Sequence record: SRR20825006_1019 | Reading direction: 5' to 3' (one strand) | DNA length: 64,000 bases | In this document: one piece after another, positions 20,822 through 31,067 of the stretch | Numbering within the stretch: position 1 is the stretch's first letter | Layout of the letters: the number at the start of each line of letters is the position of its first letter | Notes under the pieces: model-generated | What the model was told of the DNA's origin: nothing | Seen by the model: only the letters and a program-made list of their open reading frames with translations | Database searches by the model: none | Program-made: the position numbers and the translations under genes

Positions 20822-20997
20822 GGTTGGCTCGTTGTGTGTCAGGCGGGATCGGCTAAACGAAATTCAAATGGCATCGCGTCAGCCGGTGAGGACAGGAAGG
20901 CAAGCTCGATCGCTCCCGCGGGCTCTGGCGGCCATTTTTCGGGAAGTGTATCGACCGCTCATTTTGAACCAATGTGATCCGTGGTTGCATGCTCAGA

Positions 20998-21051
20998 TTT
21001 CAGGAAAACTTCACAAATTTGGACGGCGACATTTATGAACAAACCATGAAG
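20998..21051. promoter_or_regulatory. Two oppositely oriented Pho-box-like repeats in the divergent phoD/phoX promoter region
   Basis: Plus strand TTTCAGGAAAA-CTTCACAAATT (TTCA at 20999 and 21010); minus strand CTTCATGGTTT-GTTCATAAAT (21051-21031); both have an 11-bp period. Confidence 0.55.
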
Positions 21052-21229
21052 TTTGTTGCTGGATGCAAAACAGTGAGATGCGTTTGAACACAAATTCGAT
21101 ACTCTGTCGCGAAATCTGCCTTGGGCAATCAAGCATTCCGAGGCCGTGTTCCATTCAAGCCAGTTTCATTGGATCGATCGGGCTGATTCGCCTCAATTCG
21201 ATCCCTCTTTTATAGGAGTGGTCTGCATC

Positions 21230-22663
21230 GTGACCGATCGCAATCGTCGACAATTTCTAAGCGACAATTTTTCAGCCTTGGGGTCTTTCGGTGTGACCGC
21301 TGCTTTGGCGGGATTGGGGCAACGCGTGGTTCGAGGCGAGCAGCCCGAAGCGGCATCGACCTTACGACCGACATCGGATGACACGACCGGATTGCCGCTG
21401 TTGCGACTGCCGGAAGGTTTCCGGTACCGCACGTTTGGTTGGACCGGTGACATCATGGCCGATGGAACTCCAACCCCGGCCGCTCATGACGGGATGGGGG
21501 TGATCTCCAGTCAGGGCGATGTGTTGACGCTTTGCCGCAATCATGAAATCAGCGACGACGGTCGAGCGATCGCAATCAAATCGGGACGTGCCTATGACAA
21601 TCGAGCTCAAGGCGGTTGCACCGAGTTGCGGTTTGACAGTGCCAAAGGTGAATGGCTCGATAGCCGTGTGGTGTTCTCCGGATCCAGTCGCAACTGTGCC
21701 GGTGGCGTCACACCGTGGGGAACGTGGTTGACCGCAGAAGAGACCGTGCTGGGGCCTCTCGATGCAGACCATTACAAAGCGGACAAGGTTCGTACATTCG
21801 AAAAGACTCACGGTTGGGTTTTCGAAGTTGGCCACACCGATGCCGATGGCAACCCGGTTCCTTTGAAAGACATGGGGCGCTTTGTTCACGAAGCCGTCGC
21901 GATCGATCGAAACAGCGGCATCGTGTATCTCACCGAAGATCGTTCCACATCGGGCTTCTATCGTTTCTTGCCCAACACGCCCGGCAAATTGGCGGATGGC
22001 GGACGTCTGGAAATGGCGGAAGTCGTCGGGCAGTCTGACCTGCGGGGTGGCTTTCAAAACGGAGCGCAGTTCGATGTGCGTTGGCACTTGATTGATGATC
22101 CAACATTGGCCCACAGTCCCGAGTCGCTGAAGAACGTTTCGAAAGAAGGCGCAGTCGGTGACGAGTTGGGTGTCTTTCAACAGGGACAGAAGAAAGGTGG
22201 GTCGACGTTTTCGCGGCTCGAAGGATGTTGGTTCGGCAATGGCGTGGTGTACTTCGACGCGACCAGTGGTGGTGCGGCGGAAGCGGGGCAGATTTGGCAG
22301 TTCGATCCAAAGCAGCAAACGTTGACGTTGTTGTTCGAATCGCCCAGCAAGCCGACTTTGAACATGCCCGACAACTTGTGTGTCAGTCCTCAAGGTGGTT
22401 TGGTGCTGTGCGAAGACAATGACTACGGAGCCAATGAGTACCCGCAGCGTGCCTTCACGCTATCGCAAGATGGGCGATTGAAGTTGTTGGCTGAAAACAA
22501 TGTCCAGCTTCATGGAGAAAAGAACGGCTTCCAAGGTGACTTCCGAACCAAAGAGTGGGCCGGAGCGACGTTCAGCCCCGATGGAAAATGGTTGTTCGTC
22601 AATTTGCAAAGCCCCGGCATCACTTGTGCCATCACAGGACCCTGGAAAGACGCTTTCGCCTAA
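21230..22663 (+). CDS. phoX: PhoX-family (DUF839) alkaline phosphatase, Tat-exported
   Basis: AGGAG RBS then GTG 21230; RNRRQFL; HDGM, RNHE, NCAGGVTPWGTWLTAEE, GRFVHEA, EGCW, PDNL, EWAGATFSPDG. Confidence 0.92.
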   Translation: MTDRNRRQFLSDNFSALGSFGVTAALAGLGQRVVRGEQPEAASTLRPTSDDTTGLPLLRLPEGFRYRTFGWTGDIMADGTPTPAAHDGMGVISSQGDVLTLCRNHEISDDGRAIAIKSGRAYDNRAQGGCTELRFDSAKGEWLDSRVVFSGSSRNCAGGVTPWGTWLTAEETVLGPLDADHYKADKVRTFEKTHGWVFEVGHTDADGNPVPLKDMGRFVHEAVAIDRNSGIVYLTEDRSTSGFYRFLPNTPGKLADGGRLEMAEVVGQSDLRGGFQNGAQFDVRWHLIDDPTLAHSPESLKNVSKEGAVGDELGVFQQGQKKGGSTFSRLEGCWFGNGVVYFDATSGGAAEAGQIWQFDPKQQTLTLLFESPSKPTLNMPDNLCVSPQGGLVLCEDNDYGANEYPQRAFTLSQDGRLKLLAENNVQLHGEKNGFQGDFRTKEWAGATFSPDGKWLFVNLQSPGITCAITGPWKDAFA

Positions 22664-22866
22664 GTCCCCAGACGTGGTGGCGAGGTGAGCCGTCCTGATT
22701 CGAATGGTCGATCCCGGCTGGTCTCGCCAGCCGGTGCGATCAATTGCGTCGTGTTCTTCCTCCTTTGAGGACGGCAATGTTTCTCGGGACTCCATTTCGG
22801 TGGCGGAGTTGGATTTTCGCGTCTTTTGAGCTTCGGGGGGCCCCAAGGCGGTGTATTCTGAGGTCT

Positions 22867-22885
22867 CTTCATGGTTTTTTACCTT
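22867..22885 (+). promoter_or_regulatory. Pho-box-like site upstream of the DUF1559 gene
   Basis: CTTCATGGTTT-TTTACC; the first 11 nt are identical to the phoD-oriented box. Confidence 0.45.
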
Positions 22886-23027
22886 GAACATCGTAGGCAT
22901 CAGAACAACGAGGCTTCCAGGGTTCGCGACGCTAGTATGCGCGCGGCTGGGGTGCTTTCGGAGGGTGAGTGGCGTTTGCGATCGTCTGTGGTGAACACAT
23001 AGACACATTGCAGACAGGCACGAGGCA

Positions 23028-24077
23028 ATGAGACGAACGACACAGCCGATTGGCAGCACAGATGGCGAGAACACTGGCGACGTAGCGAGGCCATCGCGTC
23101 TTGGATTCACGCTGGTGGAGTTGCTGGTCGTCATCGCGATCATCGGAATGCTGGTGGGGCTGTTGTTGCCCGCGGTCCAGGCAGCTCGCGAAGCAGCTCG
23201 TCGAGCTGATTGCAGCAACCGATCGCGCCAGCTCGCGTTGGCAATTCACAATTACCACTCCGCATTTCGCAAATTGCCAAGAGCCTGGTGGTTGGAGACT
23301 CCACCCAAGGCGTTCAACGGTGGCAACTGGATGATGTCCATTTTGCCGCAGTTGGAACAACAAGGACTGTATGACCAAATCGATCGAAGCATTCTGCCGG
23401 TCGATCAACTCAGTCCTGACAACGTGGCCGCTTTGCAAACGCCGATGTCGTTGTTCATCTGCCCGTCCTCGCCCGGTGGGATTGAGTCGCGTCGCTACTT
23501 GTTCGATTCCAATCCGGCTGGACTGCCGTTCACGGCGACGAACTTGGCCCCGGCGGATTTCTCGCCGACCACGGGTGTGCGTGGCACGTATGCCAACTTC
23601 GCCTATGGCGCGACGTTAAGTGGCGGCCGCGAAGGCGCTTTGCAGGTCGTCAGTCCAATTTTCGGTGGCGATCAAGATGGCCGTTTTGCGGACATCTTGG
23701 ATGGATTGTCTCACACCACTTTGTTTGGCGAACGCACGGGCGGCAACGTTGTCTACAGCGCCGGTCGCGAAGACCCGGTCGCCACTGCCGCGTTGATCGG
23801 CGTTGAAGGTGGAGGGTGGGGAGATCTACTCAACGGCGAACATTGGCTACAAGGTTCGCTGCGAAGTGGATTGAGTTGGCCGCCGGTTGGCGGGCCTTGC
23901 GCGATCAACTGCACAAACGCTCGTGGGTTCGGATTCCACAGCTTTCACGCAGGTGGATGTCACTTTGCGTTCGCCGATGGATCCATTCGCTTTATCAACA
24001 CCAGCATCGAACCGCTTGTGTTTTCGTCCAACATCACGCGACGTGGCCGGGAAGTGATTGCTGAAGATGGAATTTAG
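23028..24077 (+). CDS. DUF1559 prepilin-type N-terminal cleavage/methylation protein
   Basis: GFTLVELLVVIAIIGMLVGLLLPAVQAAREAARR, ICPSS, DILDGLSHT, C-terminal H-x9-DG (HAGGCHFAFADG). Confidence 0.95.
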   Translation: MRRTTQPIGSTDGENTGDVARPSRLGFTLVELLVVIAIIGMLVGLLLPAVQAAREAARRADCSNRSRQLALAIHNYHSAFRKLPRAWWLETPPKAFNGGNWMMSILPQLEQQGLYDQIDRSILPVDQLSPDNVAALQTPMSLFICPSSPGGIESRRYLFDSNPAGLPFTATNLAPADFSPTTGVRGTYANFAYGATLSGGREGALQVVSPIFGGDQDGRFADILDGLSHTTLFGERTGGNVVYSAGREDPVATAALIGVEGGGWGDLLNGEHWLQGSLRSGLSWPPVGGPCAINCTNARGFGFHSFHAGGCHFAFADGSIRFINTSIEPLVFSSNITRRGREVIAEDGI

Positions 24078-24102
24078 GTTGTTGAAACGGCGAAGGATCG
24101 TG

Positions 24103-24525
24103 ATGACTGCGATTGGTCAACAGTTGGGTTTGGTTTTGCTGCTTGGGTTGATGGTTGGTTGCACCAGCAAAACGCCAGACGACGGAATGGTTCCGGTCAG
24201 CGGTGTCGTGGAAGTGGACGGCGAGCCAGCGGTTGGCGTCGTCATCGAGCTGCATCCTCCATCCAAAGCACCATCGCTCGCGAAGGGGATCACATCGGAA
24301 GGTGGGCGTTTTGAAATCAGCACGCTGACGCAAGGAGATGGGGTGAAGCCAGGGACCTACGACATCACCTTCGTATGGAGCGAGTTCAACATTGTCACGC
24401 GTTCTCAAGAAGGCGATCGATTGAACGGACGCTATGCGAAACCGGACCAATCGTCTATTCAGTGGACGGTGCCGGACGAAGAGTCCTGGGACGCCGGTAC
24501 AATTCAATTGTCCAGCGAAAAGTGA
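24103..24525 (+). CDS. Small lipoprotein (carboxypeptidase-regulatory-like fold), usual DUF1559 partner
   Basis: Lipobox LMVGC; PVSGVVEVDGEP, GRFEIST..GDGVKPGTY. Confidence 0.85.
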   Translation: MTAIGQQLGLVLLLGLMVGCTSKTPDDGMVPVSGVVEVDGEPAVGVVIELHPPSKAPSLAKGITSEGGRFEISTLTQGDGVKPGTYDITFVWSEFNIVTRSQEGDRLNGRYAKPDQSSIQWTVPDEESWDAGTIQLSSEK

Positions 24526-24558
24526 CTGCTTTCAAAATCGACGCCGATTGTGTCGATG

Positions 24559-25521
24559 TCACTGCGCGGCAGCCACCACCACCAAAAACAACAAAGCCAA
24601 GGCAATCGCACCGCAGATCGTGAGTACGATTTTCGCGGTGGAGTAGGGGGCGGTTCCCGTTAGGTCTTGTGCGTTTTGTCCGCTAATGACGACCCGGTAA
24701 AGCTGGTCGTGGTAGCGATACGCCATGACATAGGCGGGCAGCGACAATCGCCGAGTGGTCAGCCCTTTCACGACGGTTTCGACGTGAACGTTGCGAAAAC
24801 TTGAACCGGGAATTTGAGTTTCCTCGACGTGCTTTTTTGCCATCAAACGCAAGGCGTCACGGACTTGCCGTCGAGCCTGAGATCGCTGGACGTCAAACTG
24901 CTCTCTCGTCACACCGTCTTCGCGGTTGGGAGTCGCTCTCGCAGTGCGAAGATCCAGTCGCCGACTGACGGTAACTGCTTCCGGTTGCGACAGTCCACGT
25001 GATGCCGACACGAGGATGTTTTGAAACACCACGTCAGTTTGTCCGGAATGAGGTGCCCAGCTTGATCTTCGCGAATTGGCGTTGGAGTCCGCGGCCCAAC
25101 TGATTTTGCACTCGGTGTCGAAGACCCATGCGACCCAGTACAGCGGATGCAGGTCATCCACGTGCGAAGCAGAGGTCAGATCGCTGGGGCGGAACCAACC
25201 AAGTGAACCAAGCCATTGCCGAAGTGCACGCTGAGCATCATCGGGGGTCAGCAGGAAGGGCAGGTAGGCTTCGGTTTGTTCCATCGGGTCGACGATGGTT
25301 TCGATCTCTACGATTCCGTCGCAAAACGAACATCGCAGGGCTTGATGCTCTGGGTCGAACGCGACCGCAGCACCGCAACCTTTGCAACGAAGGATCTTCG
25401 CGGAGACGTTCTGTTTTGTGTTTTCGTTTGGAGGTGACGATTGACCACAGATCGAGCATCGCAAGTCACCGTGTTCGAGCGGCGTGTCGCAGCGAGAGCA
25501 AACGGAAATGATTTCAGGCAT
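24559..25521 (-). CDS. Zinc-ribbon membrane protein
   Basis: Four N-terminal CxxC pairs; YLPFLL, LSLPAYVMAYRY..ISGQ; C-terminal transmembrane helix. Confidence 0.8.
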   Translation of the reverse strand: MPEIISVCSRCDTPLEHGDLRCSICGQSSPPNENTKQNVSAKILRCKGCGAAVAFDPEHQALRCSFCDGIVEIETIVDPMEQTEAYLPFLLTPDDAQRALRQWLGSLGWFRPSDLTSASHVDDLHPLYWVAWVFDTECKISWAADSNANSRRSSWAPHSGQTDVVFQNILVSASRGLSQPEAVTVSRRLDLRTARATPNREDGVTREQFDVQRSQARRQVRDALRLMAKKHVEETQIPGSSFRNVHVETVVKGLTTRRLSLPAYVMAYRYHDQLYRVVISGQNAQDLTGTAPYSTAKIVLTICGAIALALLFLVVVAAAQ

Positions 25522-25528
25522 CGTCAGC

Positions 25529-26467
25529 TCACTGCATGGCGGAAAGAAGAACGATGAATGCAATGAACAACAGCACGGCACCGACAACCAATGCGATTTT
25601 GGTGGTCGATGTGGGCACGCTGCCACCGACTCGCCCCGTTTGGCCGTTGACCAAAATTTGCACCGGAGGTTGGTTTTCGTCGTAGCGGACGGCGAAACAC
25701 CAAATGGGCAAAAGCACGAGGTCGATTACTTCGCGAGAGAGTTGCGTGCGATGTTCCAGGTTCCGATGGGAGTCGCCGGGCATGAAGTTTTTCAGTTGCG
25801 AACCAACTTTCGCGATTGTTTCACCATGTGCCAACTGAAAACAAGTCGCTTGTTCTTTGGACGGGAGCTCCGCCAGCCACCCCGTGATGATCGATGGCGA
25901 ATACCGACGAAGCGCTCGCAGGTCAAACGGTTCGATCGCTTCTAGGGAATCGTTGTCGGTGCCTTTGGATGCGGTCACGATCACATCCAGGACATAACAC
26001 GAGTATTGCCCGGTGAGACTCCGCCACTCGGTTTTTGTGACAGTTCGAGTTCGCGTGACTCGTTTGCCGTTGGAGTCGGTCGTCGTATAGGTTTCCGTCT
26101 CCGTGTAGTTCTCGCCGATGCTGGCGGAATACTGTGTGTCGGCAACCGCGCCGTACAAATACGCCGGAAGATACACCCCGCGAGTGCAGTTTGGTGCGGC
26201 TCGTTTGAAATCGGAGCGAGCGAACCAGTGGGCTCGACCGATCCATTGTTTGACGAGCTCGGTGGCTCGTTCTTGGTCCACGACAAAGCCGATTGCGAAT
26301 GTCGGCGTGGGGCGGTTTTTTGACGGCGGACGTTGGATCACCGATGGTGAGGCACAGTACGGACAAATTGTCGCTAGCATGCCCGACAGACCCGTCAACG
26401 CAGCACCGCATGATTGACACGCAATCTCCTGCAGTTCAGGTTCGGTCGTCAATTCCGCTGTAGGCAT
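25529..26467 (-). CDS. Zinc-ribbon membrane protein, paralogue of its neighbour
   Basis: CQSCGA, CPYCAS, GVYLPAY, LLPIW..VNGQTGRVGG; C-terminal transmembrane helix. Confidence 0.82.
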   Translation of the reverse strand: MPTAELTTEPELQEIACQSCGAALTGLSGMLATICPYCASPSVIQRPPSKNRPTPTFAIGFVVDQERATELVKQWIGRAHWFARSDFKRAAPNCTRGVYLPAYLYGAVADTQYSASIGENYTETETYTTTDSNGKRVTRTRTVTKTEWRSLTGQYSCYVLDVIVTASKGTDNDSLEAIEPFDLRALRRYSPSIITGWLAELPSKEQATCFQLAHGETIAKVGSQLKNFMPGDSHRNLEHRTQLSREVIDLVLLPIWCFAVRYDENQPPVQILVNGQTGRVGGSVPTSTTKIALVVGAVLLFIAFIVLLSAMQ

Positions 26468-26983
26468 TCCGGACAGGTCTCGCTTTGTCTAATACGGTCG
26501 TCGGTGAAGAGGTCGCCAGTGGACAGGCGAGTTCTTTCGTGGATTGGGGCGCAGGATGTCTGCTTTGATAGCAACAAAAGCCGGCTCGATCGACACGAGA
26601 GCTCTCCAGGTGTCGCGGTCGACTGTGCCGGGAAGGTGTACATGCTTATGGCGGTTCATCAATGCTTTCGCAAATGACGGCTTGACGATCAGCTTGAGAG
26701 GATACACTCAAAAGGCCTCGTGGTTTTCGAAGCGGTCCATTGTCCATTTGATGCAATGGGTCAGCGGAATTGACCAAACTGCGAGGATGGATTTCAATTC
26801 CTTTCTGACAAGGAAGACAATCTAAGTAGGTTCCACTGGATGGGGAGCGGAAGAGTTTTTTAGCTTCCGCCGGTAAGCTGTGTCCCTTGTCTCCGCATTG
26901 AAGTGGCAAACAGTCGGTGACATCGACGCATCGTGGCCCGTCTCGGTGACGCCGCCCATTTCGAAGCGCTCTTTCACGCGAGG

Positions 26984-29338
26984 ATGGAAGCACGGGTGAA
27001 TTCGACCGCAACGACCGAAAATCAACGAAGCCTGACTCGCAGTTTGGTCAACCCGCTCGCGGTGGCCGTGGTGATGATCGTGTTGATCATCAGTGGGGTG
27101 ATCGCATTTCACAACATTCGTGAACTGCAGGAAACGCGACTCAAGGTCGGCTTGACGCTGAAGGTCTTGGCTTCTTTGGCTGAGATCGAGGGTGCCGTGA
27201 TGGATGCCGAACGTGGGCAACGGGACTACTTGATCACGGACGATCAGCGGCATTTGGAGCCTTTCAAGGAAGCCGTCAAACGCACCAAGCAGAGCCTCGA
27301 TCAATTCGAGAAGCTGACTCAAGACCATGCGGTCCAGCGAGCCAAGTTCAACCATCTTCGAGAGAACGTCGAAGAACGAATCAAGCATCTCAATGCCGTG
27401 TTGGATATTCGAGCTGAAGAAGGTTCCGAGGCCGCTCGCGCCGCCGTGATCCAGAATTTGGACCAGAACTTGATGGGGAAAATCGACGATCTGGCCATCT
27501 CGATGCGGAAGATTGAAGAGGACCTGTTGGTTGTTCGCGAAGCGATGGCGACGCGAGCCTATCGCAGCGGGATCGTAACCTCGGTGTCATCCACTTTGAT
27601 TGGTCTGATTCTCGTCGGCAGCGTGCTGTATCTGTTGGAACGCAATCGCCGCAAGGCGGAACGGGATGCGTTGATGTTGAACGCGACTCGAGAACGAGTT
27701 CAGTTGGCATTGGATGCGGCGGAAATGGGAGCTTGGAATATCGACCCCGAGACGAGCGCCCTTCAAACCGACGAACGTTATCGCCGCATTCATGGTGTCG
27801 AGCAGCAGGAAATGACGTTCGAGGATTCTTTGAAACGGATTCACCCGGATGATCGAGCGAGGGTTCGGCAAGCGGTGCGAGCATCGATGTCACCGTTGGA
27901 CCCCTCGCCTTATTCGGTTGAATACCGTGTCGTTCACCGGGACGGTTCTATCCGTTGGGTATCGAGCAAGGGGATCGCTCGGGCTAGCCGACGCCGCGGC
28001 AAAGCGGTGTTGACCAGTTTCGATGGAACGGTCGCGGACGTGACCGAACGCAAACGCCAAGAGGAACGCTTGCAACGAAGCGAGCAAATCGCGTTGGCGG
28101 CCAATCAATCCAAGAGCGAGTTCTTGGCCAACATGAGCCATGAGATTCGGACTCCCATGGCGGCCATTCTCGGTTACGCGGATGTTTTGCTTGGTCACTT
28201 GGAAGACCCCGACAATCGCAATTGCGTGATGATCATCAAACGCAACGGTGAGCACTTGTTGTCGTTGATCAACGATATTCTCGACTTGTCTCGCATCGAG
28301 GCTGGCAAGCTCAGCGTGGACGCGGAGTCGGTTCCGTTGCCGCGATTGGTGGGCGATATCCAGTCTTTGATGCAGGTCCGAGCGGACGAGAAAAACGTCG
28401 ACTTTCAAGTCGAGTTCGAGGGCCGTGTGCCGCAGTCGATCGAGACTGATCCGACTCGCCTGCGGCAGGTGTTGATCAACTTGATTGGCAACGCGATCAA
28501 GTTCACCGACGAAGGCAGCGTGAGATTGAAAGTTCGTTTTATGAAAGGTGCCGATCCTCCGGTCGTCGAGTTCTCGATTGTCGACACCGGAATCGGGATC
28601 AGCAAAGAACAGCAGGATCGATTGTTCAAACCGTTTTCGCAAGGCGATGCCTCGGTGACGCGAAAATATGGTGGCAGTGGCTTGGGGCTGGCCATCAGCC
28701 AGCGTTTGATCGAGATGATGGACGGCGAGATGTCGCTGGAAAGCGAACTCGGCGAGGGTTCGACATTTTTTGTCCGGTTGCCCGTTCATTCGGTCGAAGG
28801 CATCGAGTTGGTGACACCCGACTTGGTCAAGCAACCATCGCGGCCGGAAGAGTTGCTTGCGGAAATTCCAAAGTTGGACTGCCGTGTTTTGGTGGTTGAT
28901 GATCGCAGAGATGTCCGTCACATCAGTCAGCACTTCCTCGAAAAAGCGGGAGCGAAAGTTGATACGGCAGAAGACGGCCAGCAAGGCGTGGACGCTGCCA
29001 TCCAGGCTCGTGACTCGGGGCATCCATACGATTTGATCGTGATGGATATGCAGATGCCCGTCGTTGATGGACTGCAAGCGACCGCGTTGTTGCGATCGGC
29101 TGGGATTGATTGGCCAATCATTGCCCTCACCGCTGACGCGATGAAAGGTGACCGTGATCGGTGCCTCAACGGCGGGTGCGACGACTATCTGTCCAAGCCC
29201 ATCGACCACATTCAATTGGTCAGCATGGTGGCCAACTACACCCACGAAATGGATGTGAGCGAGTTGGTTCAACGCCGGCATTTGCGTGCGGATCAGTTGC
29301 AAGAAAAGATCGAACGCGAGGACCGGTCTCGGTCCTGA
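26984..29338 (+). CDS. Hybrid sensor histidine kinase (CHASE3-PAS-HisKA-HATPase-REC)
   Basis: DAERGQRDYLIT, FLANMSHEIRTPM, NLIGNAIKFT, DTGIG, GGSGLGLAI, VMDMQMP, YLSKP. Confidence 0.95.
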   Translation: MEARVNSTATTENQRSLTRSLVNPLAVAVVMIVLIISGVIAFHNIRELQETRLKVGLTLKVLASLAEIEGAVMDAERGQRDYLITDDQRHLEPFKEAVKRTKQSLDQFEKLTQDHAVQRAKFNHLRENVEERIKHLNAVLDIRAEEGSEAARAAVIQNLDQNLMGKIDDLAISMRKIEEDLLVVREAMATRAYRSGIVTSVSSTLIGLILVGSVLYLLERNRRKAERDALMLNATRERVQLALDAAEMGAWNIDPETSALQTDERYRRIHGVEQQEMTFEDSLKRIHPDDRARVRQAVRASMSPLDPSPYSVEYRVVHRDGSIRWVSSKGIARASRRRGKAVLTSFDGTVADVTERKRQEERLQRSEQIALAANQSKSEFLANMSHEIRTPMAAILGYADVLLGHLEDPDNRNCVMIIKRNGEHLLSLINDILDLSRIEAGKLSVDAESVPLPRLVGDIQSLMQVRADEKNVDFQVEFEGRVPQSIETDPTRLRQVLINLIGNAIKFTDEGSVRLKVRFMKGADPPVVEFSIVDTGIGISKEQQDRLFKPFSQGDASVTRKYGGSGLGLAISQRLIEMMDGEMSLESELGEGSTFFVRLPVHSVEGIELVTPDLVKQPSRPEELLAEIPKLDCRVLVVDDRRDVRHISQHFLEKAGAKVDTAEDGQQGVDAAIQARDSGHPYDLIVMDMQMPVVDGLQATALLRSAGIDWPIIALTADAMKGDRDRCLNGGCDDYLSKPIDHIQLVSMVANYTHEMDVSELVQRRHLRADQLQEKIEREDRSRS

Positions 29339-29379
29339 TGGCGACACCAACATTGCCGCGACGATTGGCTCGCGGTGGC

Positions 29380-30129
29380 CTACAAAAACGAGTTGACGAC
29401 AACGGCCAAGGCGGCACCAGTGAGCGGACCAAGCACGGGTACCCAGGCATAGGACCAATCGCTTCCTTGTTTCCCTTTGATCGGTAGCAAGGCATGAATC
29501 AATCGCGGGCCGAGGTCTCGGGCCGGGTTGATCGCGTAGCCGGTTGTTCCTCCCAGCGACAAACCGATGCCGAAGACAAGCAAACCGACGGGTAGCAACC
29601 CGATCGAGCCCAGTCCGAGCACGGGGTCAGTGTCGACCGGTTCCGGTCCAGAGCTGAAACCGGGGGCAACCATCAAGAAGATAGGCAGGATCAATGCGAA
29701 CGTGCCAATCATTTCACAGACAAACGCTTGCGGAAGTTTGCGAATGCTAGGTGCTGTGCTGAAACAGGCCAACATGCCATCCGGGTCGTCCGACGCTTCT
29801 CGAAAATGTTCGCGGTAAAAGACGTAGACCAACGCTGCCCCAGCCATTGCACCCAACATTTGAGCGCCGATGTACCCGCCACTGTCCAGCAGACCGAATT
29901 CTGTGTCCGCCCAGTACATCGCGAAGGTGACGGCAGGATTCAGATGTGCCCCACTGAATTCGCTGGCACAGAACGCTCCGATGAAAACGGCGATGCCCCA
30001 TCCCGCGGCGATCACGATCCAGCCACCATTGTTCCCGTTGGTCTTTGGCAGAACGACGTTCGCGACCACTCCATTGCCAAACAAGATCAGGAACATCGTC
30101 CCAACAAACTCTGCGACGTACGGATGCAT
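29380..30129 (-). CDS. glpF: MIP-family aquaglyceroporin (glycerol facilitator type)
   Basis: SGAHLNPAVT and GYAINPARDLGPR motifs. Confidence 0.9.
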   Translation of the reverse strand: MHPYVAEFVGTMFLILFGNGVVANVVLPKTNGNNGGWIVIAAGWGIAVFIGAFCASEFSGAHLNPAVTFAMYWADTEFGLLDSGGYIGAQMLGAMAGAALVYVFYREHFREASDDPDGMLACFSTAPSIRKLPQAFVCEMIGTFALILPIFLMVAPGFSSGPEPVDTDPVLGLGSIGLLPVGLLVFGIGLSLGGTTGYAINPARDLGPRLIHALLPIKGKQGSDWSYAWVPVLGPLTGAALAVVVNSFL

Positions 30130-30257
30130 GGTTCCACCTTTCTTCAGTATTCGTTTGACCGCCAAGACGCTGGAATGCGCGGACTTGGTCGCCAAATCGC
30201 ATCACCTCCAACGGTTCACTGAACGAGAGGCCGCCTCAGGTTTTTGGTGAACAGGCA

Positions 30258-31013
30258 CTAACCTAACGTTTGGCCGCCATCGACGGGGAGAAGCTGGCCG
30301 GTTGTCATGCTGGTTCCCGTCGCAAAAAACAGCACCGCGTCGGCGATATCTTCTGGCTGAGATGCCTTGGGAATCGGGTAATCCGAGACCATTTCCTCGA
30401 GATCCCAGTTCGGATTGCCCTGGCGAATCCAACGGCTGTCGATTGGGCCGGGGCAGACGGCGTTGACGCGAATTTTGGGGGCGAGAGCACGGGCCAGCGA
30501 TTTGGTGAGCGTGTTCAATCCACCTTTGCTGGCACAGTATGCGATCGACGAACCCGAACCGGTGATTCCCGCAACGGAACTCACGTTGACGACGGAGCCA
30601 CCTTCACCCTTGCGAAGCAATTCGGCGGCGGCTCGTGTGACAAAGAAGGGACCTTTCAAATTCACGCCGAGGATGCGGTCCCACATCGGTTCGGTGAGCG
30701 TTTCGAGTTCAGAATGTTCAATGAACTCGGTGGTAGCCGCGTTGTTGATCAGGCAATCCAGCCGTCCAAAGGTTTCGCCAATCTGATGGATCATCGCGCG
30801 GACATCTTCATCGATCGACACATCACATCGGACCAACATGGATTTCGCGCCGAGGGCTTCCACGTCGGCGGCTGTTTGTTTGGCCTCTGCTTCACTGCGT
30901 GAATAGTTGACGATGACATCGTGACCTTGCCGAGCCAGTCCGATTGCGCAGGCTTGACCCACACCAGTGGCGGCGCCAGTGACCAAAGCAACGGGACGTG
31001 ATGAAGAAGACAT
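30258..31013 (-). CDS. Short-chain dehydrogenase/reductase
   Basis: TGAATGVG, NNAA, YCASK, VNAVCPG, VDGG. Confidence 0.92.
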   Translation of the reverse strand: MSSSSRPVALVTGAATGVGQACAIGLARQGHDVIVNYSRSEAEAKQTAADVEALGAKSMLVRCDVSIDEDVRAMIHQIGETFGRLDCLINNAATTEFIEHSELETLTEPMWDRILGVNLKGPFFVTRAAAELLRKGEGGSVVNVSSVAGITGSGSSIAYCASKGGLNTLTKSLARALAPKIRVNAVCPGPIDSRWIRQGNPNWDLEEMVSDYPIPKASQPEDIADAVLFFATGTSMTTGQLLPVDGGQTLG

Positions 31014-31067
31014 CGAGGACTCGGTGGGGAATGGAAGAAGGCGGTCGAGTTCAATCAGCCCGTTGGA

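Noticed and set aside
26449-26825. Several short ORFs between the zinc-ribbon pair and the kinase
   Set aside because: No RBS or motif favours any frame; probably a divergent promoter region
27890-29458. 522-aa minus-strand ORF
   Set aside because: Antisense shadow of the hybrid kinase
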